Part shown: one piece after another, positions 59,765-64,000 of the stretch
Numbering within the stretch: the first letter of the stretch is position 1
Layout: the number at the start of each line of letters is the position of its first letter
From: a candidate division WOR-3 bacterium
GTDB lineage: Bacteria; Hydrothermota; Hydrothermia; B15-G9; WFZT01
NCBI GenBank assembly: GCA_027053075.1
Contig: JALUEE010000086.1
Coordinates: forward strand, 36,341 to 100,340
Reading direction: 5' to 3'
Length of the DNA stretch: 64,000 nt
Translations under genes and position numbers: made by a program
The notes under the pieces: model-generated
The model's database searches: none
What the model was told of the DNA's origin: nothing
What the model saw: only the letters and a program-made list of their open reading frames with translations

Positions 59765-59849
59765 TGGTGCGAGGGGCGGGACTTGAACCCGCACGGGAAA
59801 TCCCACCAGATCCTAAATCTGGCGCGTCTGCCTATTCCGCCACCCTCGC
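59765..59849 (-). tRNA. tRNA-Leu(TAG)
   Basis: GCGAGGG...CCCTCGCACCA, anticodon arm CCAGA TT-TAG-GA TCTGG, long variable arm. Confidence 0.95.
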
Positions 59850-59861
59850 ATGTCAGCACTT

Positions 59862-59890
59862 ATTATAACTACCAACCCCTCACCTTTCAA
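59862..59890 (-). promoter_or_regulatory. Putative sigma70 promoter of tRNA-Leu(TAG)
   Basis: TTGAAA-17 nt-TATAAT. Confidence 0.75.
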
Positions 59891-59903
59891 TGCAGAGGAA
59901 ATT

Positions 59904-60141
59904 TGTTCGAAAAATTTCAATTTATCTGGAATTTTAAGAGAAATTCCCCCCACGCACAAATTTAGTTGCGGAGTAGGAGGATGGACGAAGGCAATTTTTT
60001 TAACACTCTTATCCAGATATAAGCCTGTTAGAAAAATTTGGGATTTTTGTCGCGACACTTTTTTCAGCGGCTTCTCGTAATCTGAATAATCATTAAATTC
60101 CCTCCCCTGCACTTTGTGCGGGGGAGGGTGAGGGAGGGGGC
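59904..60141. repeat. Degenerate repeat cluster
   Basis: TGTTCGAAAA at 59904, CCCCCCACGCAC near 59946, imperfect inverted ends at 60021-60073, REP-like palindrome at 60098-60141. Confidence 0.7.
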
Positions 60142-60229
60142 ATTCCTTGAAGATTTTGAAAATTTAATCCCTCACATTAATTCTCACCCCCGCAGGGAAT
60201 TTATTAGGTATAGGAAAATTCTTTGTACG

Positions 60230-60258
60230 TTGACAGCGCGTGGCATCGTTTATATACT
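60230..60258 (+). promoter_or_regulatory. Putative sigma70 promoter
   Basis: TTGACA-17 nt-TATACT, then SD AAGGAG and ATG 60279. Confidence 0.8.
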
Positions 60259-60278
60259 CACCTGAAAGGAGTCAGAGC

Positions 60279-61709
60279 ATGCTTCTACCCAAAAAAGGTC
60301 TTTCAAAGGAAGAGCTATTCAAGCTCCTTGATGAAATAGCCGCAAATGATGTGGACTGGTCATCAGGGAGAGTCTTTGGATATGTTTTCGATCCGGGCAG
60401 AGAGCCCATTGAAGTCGCAGAAAAAGCACTCCTCAAGTTTTACCACAAAAGCGGCCTGGATTTCACCGTCTTTCCGAGCCTCCTCAAGATGGAAAATGAC
60501 ATCGTGGATTTTGCCATCAGACACCTCAACGGAGATGAAAATGCCGCAGGCACATTCACAAGCGGTGGCACAGAAAGCATTATCCTCGCAGTAAAGGCTG
60601 CAAGAGACTATGCCCGAAAGAAGCGAAAAATCAAAAATCCCGAAATGATTGTTCCTGAAACCGCCCATGCTGCCTTTCACAAGGCCGCTCACTACCTCGA
60701 TGTGAAGCTCGTTCAAACACCTGTTAATCCCACCACCATGAAGGCTGATGTTAAAGCCATTGAAAAGGCTATCACCAAAAATACCATCCTCATCGTGGGC
60801 TCAGCCCCCTGCTATTCTCACGGGGTCATCGACCCCATAGAAGAGATGTCTGAAATTGCAAGAAAACACGGCATCCTTTTCCACACTGACGCATGCATGG
60901 GTGGATTCCTCCTGCCTCTCTTTAGAGAGCTTGGAGTGGATGTCCCACCCTTCGACTTCTCGCTCCCCGGAGTCACATCCATTTCCATGGACCTTCATAA
61001 ATATGCCTATGCACCCAAAGGTGCATCGGTTGTCCTCTACCGCACACGTGAGCTCAGAAAATACCAGTACTTTGCATGCTCCAGATGGACGGGATACACA
61101 ATGATAAATACCACGATTCAGAGCACAAAAAGCGGAGGTCCCCTTGCTGCGGCATGGGCAACCCTGAATTTCATCGGTAAAGAGGGCTATCTTGAGTTTG
61201 CGAAAAGAAAGTTAGAAGCCGTCCAGAAAGTGGTGAATTTTATCGAAAATCATCCAGACCTTGAGCTCATTACAAAGCCTGAAATGACACTTATTGCATT
61301 CACCTCAAGTACGGTCAACATATTCAACATCATTGATGAAATGAATCACATGGGCTGGTATATTCAGCCCGCCCTCAAGTATGGCAAATCCCGCGAGCAC
61401 GTTCATCTTTCAATTAATTACTCCAACGTTTTCAAAATTGATGAATTTTTAGATGACCTCTCACAGGCAATTGAAAGGGCAAAGATGTCGCCTTCGGGCA
61501 CACTTCTTAAAAAGGTCAAACCTCTACTTGCTGTTGTAAAAACTATAGGTTTAAAGGGAGATACCCTATTCAAGCTCATGAAAATTGCAGGGCTTGAGGG
61601 AGGAAAACTGCCCGATAGATTTGCGCCTATAAATGAGGTTTTAAATGAACTCCCTCCACAGCTGAGGGAGGAGCTACTTATCGAATTTACAAACATGACC
61701 TTTAGATAA
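60279..61709 (+). CDS. PLP-dependent decarboxylase family protein, sphingosine-1-phosphate-lyase-like
   Basis: TSGGTESIILA, TAHAAFHKAAHY, HGVIDPI, HTDACMGG, SISMDLHKYAYAPKG. Confidence 0.85.
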   Translation: MLLPKKGLSKEELFKLLDEIAANDVDWSSGRVFGYVFDPGREPIEVAEKALLKFYHKSGLDFTVFPSLLKMENDIVDFAIRHLNGDENAAGTFTSGGTESIILAVKAARDYARKKRKIKNPEMIVPETAHAAFHKAAHYLDVKLVQTPVNPTTMKADVKAIEKAITKNTILIVGSAPCYSHGVIDPIEEMSEIARKHGILFHTDACMGGFLLPLFRELGVDVPPFDFSLPGVTSISMDLHKYAYAPKGASVVLYRTRELRKYQYFACSRWTGYTMINTTIQSTKSGGPLAAAWATLNFIGKEGYLEFAKRKLEAVQKVVNFIENHPDLELITKPEMTLIAFTSSTVNIFNIIDEMNHMGWYIQPALKYGKSREHVHLSINYSNVFKIDEFLDDLSQAIERAKMSPSGTLLKKVKPLLAVVKTIGLKGDTLFKLMKIAGLEGGKLPDRFAPINEVLNELPPQLREELLIEFTNMTFR

Positions 61710-61724
61710 AAAGGAGGAAGCTCT

Positions 61725-63077
61725 ATGAAAACACCCTTCCCTTTTGAGGGGATACTGGTATTTTCATTCCTTTCATTTATGCTTGTACTTGGAATAATTA
61801 CCCGTGCAAAGGTCAGATTTTTCCAGAAATACCTCTTCCCGAGCTCGCTTATCGGTGGAATTTACGGCTTGATTCTTCTAAATTCAGGGCTCGTACACAT
61901 GAGCCAGGAAACCGTTCAGGCATTCGCTTACCACTTTTTTAATATTTCATTTATCTCCATTGGACTGACCCCGCCCTTAATGCATGAAAATAAGATGGGA
62001 AAAGAAATTTTCAGGGGCTCTCTCTGGATGGCACTTGTTCAGGGGGTTACCTTCCCTCTACAGACGGTCGTCGGTGGCTTAATTGTTTTTGCTTTTCTTG
62101 TGATGGGCAGTCACATCCATCCGTCTTTTGGTTTTTTGACGGCCCTCGGATTTAACGAAGGCCCCGGTGAGGCCCTTTCCTTTGGTAAGGTATGGGAAAC
62201 CTTTGGCTTCCAGGGAGCGGCCACTGTGGGTCTTTCCTTTGCCACCATCGGTTTTCTATTTGCATTCTTCGTGGGTGTACCACTTGTTAACTGGGGAATC
62301 AGAAAGGGTCTTGCAAAGGGTGGTGACCTTGGTGAGGAATTTTACAGGGGATTTTATAAAAGTGAGAGCGAGAAAAGATGTGCGGGCAAAACAACCATGC
62401 ATCCAGCAAATGTTGATACTGTGGCCTTCCAGCTTGCCCTCGTAGGACTGGTTTATATAATCACTTACTACTTCATCAGATTTCTTGCCCCACATTTTCC
62501 GGCTGACTATGCCAAAATGGCATGGGGCTTCTTTTTTATCGTGGGTATGGCATTCGCCTATGTTGTGAGAAAAATCATCTCCATGCTGGGAGTCGAGTAC
62601 CTGATTGATCCCGGCATTCAGCGGAGAATCACAGGGGCATCGGTTGACTTCCTGATCGTTGCAACAGGAACTGCTATCCAGATCGCCATCGTGGCAAGGC
62701 ACGTGGTGCCTTTGCTCCTCATCTCTATCACAGCAGGTGTACTTACTACAGTCGTCGTGGTGTTCCTGGGCAAAAGGTTGCCATCCTACAATCTTGAAAG
62801 AATTGCAGCCATTTACGGGACAGTTACGGGAACCGTCTCAAGTGGTCTTTTGCTCCTCAGAATAGTTGACCCTGAGTTCAATACACCGGTTGCCAAAGAG
62901 ATCGGGATAATGAATCTTTTAGTAGTGCCCATTATCGGTGGACTCACGGTCATCATAAATGGTCCATTCTGGTGGAAATGGAGTACCTTGTTTACAACGA
63001 TGGTTTTTGCGGCCATTGGACTTGTGATTTTTGCGAGTATTAAGGTTGTAAAGCTCTGGGGCCCGCCAAAATTTTGA
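61725..63077 (+). CDS. Sodium/glutamate symporter (GltS-like) family transporter
   Basis: PSSLIGG, GFNEGPG, YGTVTGT...LLLLRIVDP, multi-TM. Confidence 0.8.
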   Translation: MKTPFPFEGILVFSFLSFMLVLGIITRAKVRFFQKYLFPSSLIGGIYGLILLNSGLVHMSQETVQAFAYHFFNISFISIGLTPPLMHENKMGKEIFRGSLWMALVQGVTFPLQTVVGGLIVFAFLVMGSHIHPSFGFLTALGFNEGPGEALSFGKVWETFGFQGAATVGLSFATIGFLFAFFVGVPLVNWGIRKGLAKGGDLGEEFYRGFYKSESEKRCAGKTTMHPANVDTVAFQLALVGLVYIITYYFIRFLAPHFPADYAKMAWGFFFIVGMAFAYVVRKIISMLGVEYLIDPGIQRRITGASVDFLIVATGTAIQIAIVARHVVPLLLISITAGVLTTVVVVFLGKRLPSYNLERIAAIYGTVTGTVSSGLLLLRIVDPEFNTPVAKEIGIMNLLVVPIIGGLTVIINGPFWWKWSTLFTTMVFAAIGLVIFASIKVVKLWGPPKF

Positions 63078-63793
63078 TGGAATTTGTGCTCTTAGCACTC
63101 ATCATACTTTTCTCTTACACGATTCAGGCAATGACAGGGTTTGGAAGTATCATCCTTGCTGTGACTTTTGGTTCTCTTTTCTACCCGATAAAAACAATCC
63201 TGCCCGTGCTGGTTTTACTTGATTTGCTTTTGAACATTTATATTGTTGCAAAACACGGGGAATTTGTGGATTTCGATCTGCTGTTCAGAAGGATTTTGCC
63301 TCTCATGATTGCGGGGGCAGTTGTTGGATTTGAAATTTTTAAGAGTTATGCGGGGGATTCGAGGGTTTTACTGGGGATTCTTGTTGTGGGGCTTGCGACA
63401 TTTGAGCTTGTGAATTTCAGGAAGGGGGTGCCTGCCGCGAAGCGGCAGGCACCCCCTCTCCTCTTCCTCGCCGGTGTCGTCGAAGGAATGTATGCCTCCG
63501 GTGGCCCACTCGTGGTCTATGTTCTCAATAAACTCAATAAATCCAAATCCACATTCCGAAGCACTCTCTCACTACTCTGGATCATCATGGACATTTTGCT
63601 CCTTGGAGGATACGTTTTTATTCATATCCTCGATGTCTCGGTGGCCTTTAAAACAGCTATCTTACTGCCTGTGGTGGCTTTGAGCCTATTTTTCGGTGAA
63701 CAGCTCCACAGGAGGGTGGATGAGGTGAAATTTAAGCTCATTGTGCTCTATATCCTTTTGGTTGGGGGAATTTCTATAATTTTAGGGAGGTGA
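63077..63793 (+). CDS. Sulfite exporter TauE/SafE family protein
   Basis: GFG and GGP motifs, FRSTL, multi-TM; TGATG coupling to the upstream gene. Confidence 0.85.
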   Translation: MEFVLLALIILFSYTIQAMTGFGSIILAVTFGSLFYPIKTILPVLVLLDLLLNIYIVAKHGEFVDFDLLFRRILPLMIAGAVVGFEIFKSYAGDSRVLLGILVVGLATFELVNFRKGVPAAKRQAPPLLFLAGVVEGMYASGGPLVVYVLNKLNKSKSTFRSTLSLLWIIMDILLLGGYVFIHILDVSVAFKTAILLPVVALSLFFGEQLHRRVDEVKFKLIVLYILLVGGISIILGR

Positions 63794-63797
63794 TAAA

Positions 63798-63875
63798 ATG
63801 GAGATCAAGGGTAAGAATGCATTAATAACAGGTGCCTCGAGGGGCATCGGCAGGGCCATTGCACTGAGTCTTGCA
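63798..63875 (+). pseudogene. 5' fragment of an SDR oxidoreductase interrupted by an IS
   Basis: SD GGAGGTGA; MEIKGKNALITGASRGIGRAIALSLA, then similarity ends abruptly at the IS end. Confidence 0.85.
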
Positions 63876-64000
63876 GACACTTGTCAAGAATTTTGTGTAA
63901 ACCATCATTTCACTCCTCCTCATAAACTTCTCTAAACATCCTGTGTAACTCAGGTAATACACCCTTAAACCTCGGCTCTGGCTTACTCCACACACCTTCT
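63876..64000 (-). mobile_element. Right end of an IS256-family-like element (continues beyond window)
   Basis: Terminal sequence (G)ACACTTGTCAAGAATTTTGTGTAAA; minus-strand ORF tail EGVWSKPEPRFKGVLPELHRMFREVYEEE* ending at 63910. Confidence 0.75.

Noticed and set aside
405..63683. Numerous antisense and nested ORFs in the ORF track (e.g. 4627-5262, 5497-6162, 24430-24978)
   Set aside because: Shadows of well-supported genes, with no independent motifs

Overview
Gene-dense, mostly minus-strand core-genome window from a diderm bacterium. SprA, a T9SS-CTD cargo protein, Skp and a porin suggest an FCB-related lineage such as WOR-3, and Lys/Glu-rich proteins suggest thermophily (both are inference). 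It holds five tRNAs (Leu-TAA, Cys-GCA, Pro-GGG, Ser-CGA, Leu-TAG) and housekeeping genes (gyrA, holB, aspS, folP, surE-pcm, hslV, ispA). Other loci are a MoxR-DUF58-transglutaminase triad, a liv-type ABC + CoA-transferase + glutaryl-CoA dehydrogenase + porin cluster, cstA, and an S1P-lyase-like operon whose last gene is cut by an IS256-like element at the right edge. No CRISPR, prophage or rRNA is evident. The most unusual signals are: (1) two tandem paralogous small proteins upstream of cstA that resemble a truncated restriction-endonuclease-like fold and end in DP[C/M]; (2) a methyltransferase CDS that reads through an entire tRNA-Ser gene; (3) a dispersed mosaic of REP/MITE-like palindromes with cGNAg triloops, a compensatory base change and shared TGTTCGAAAA ends; (4) several apparently leaderless genes. 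All product calls come from motif recognition by eye; no database searches were run.
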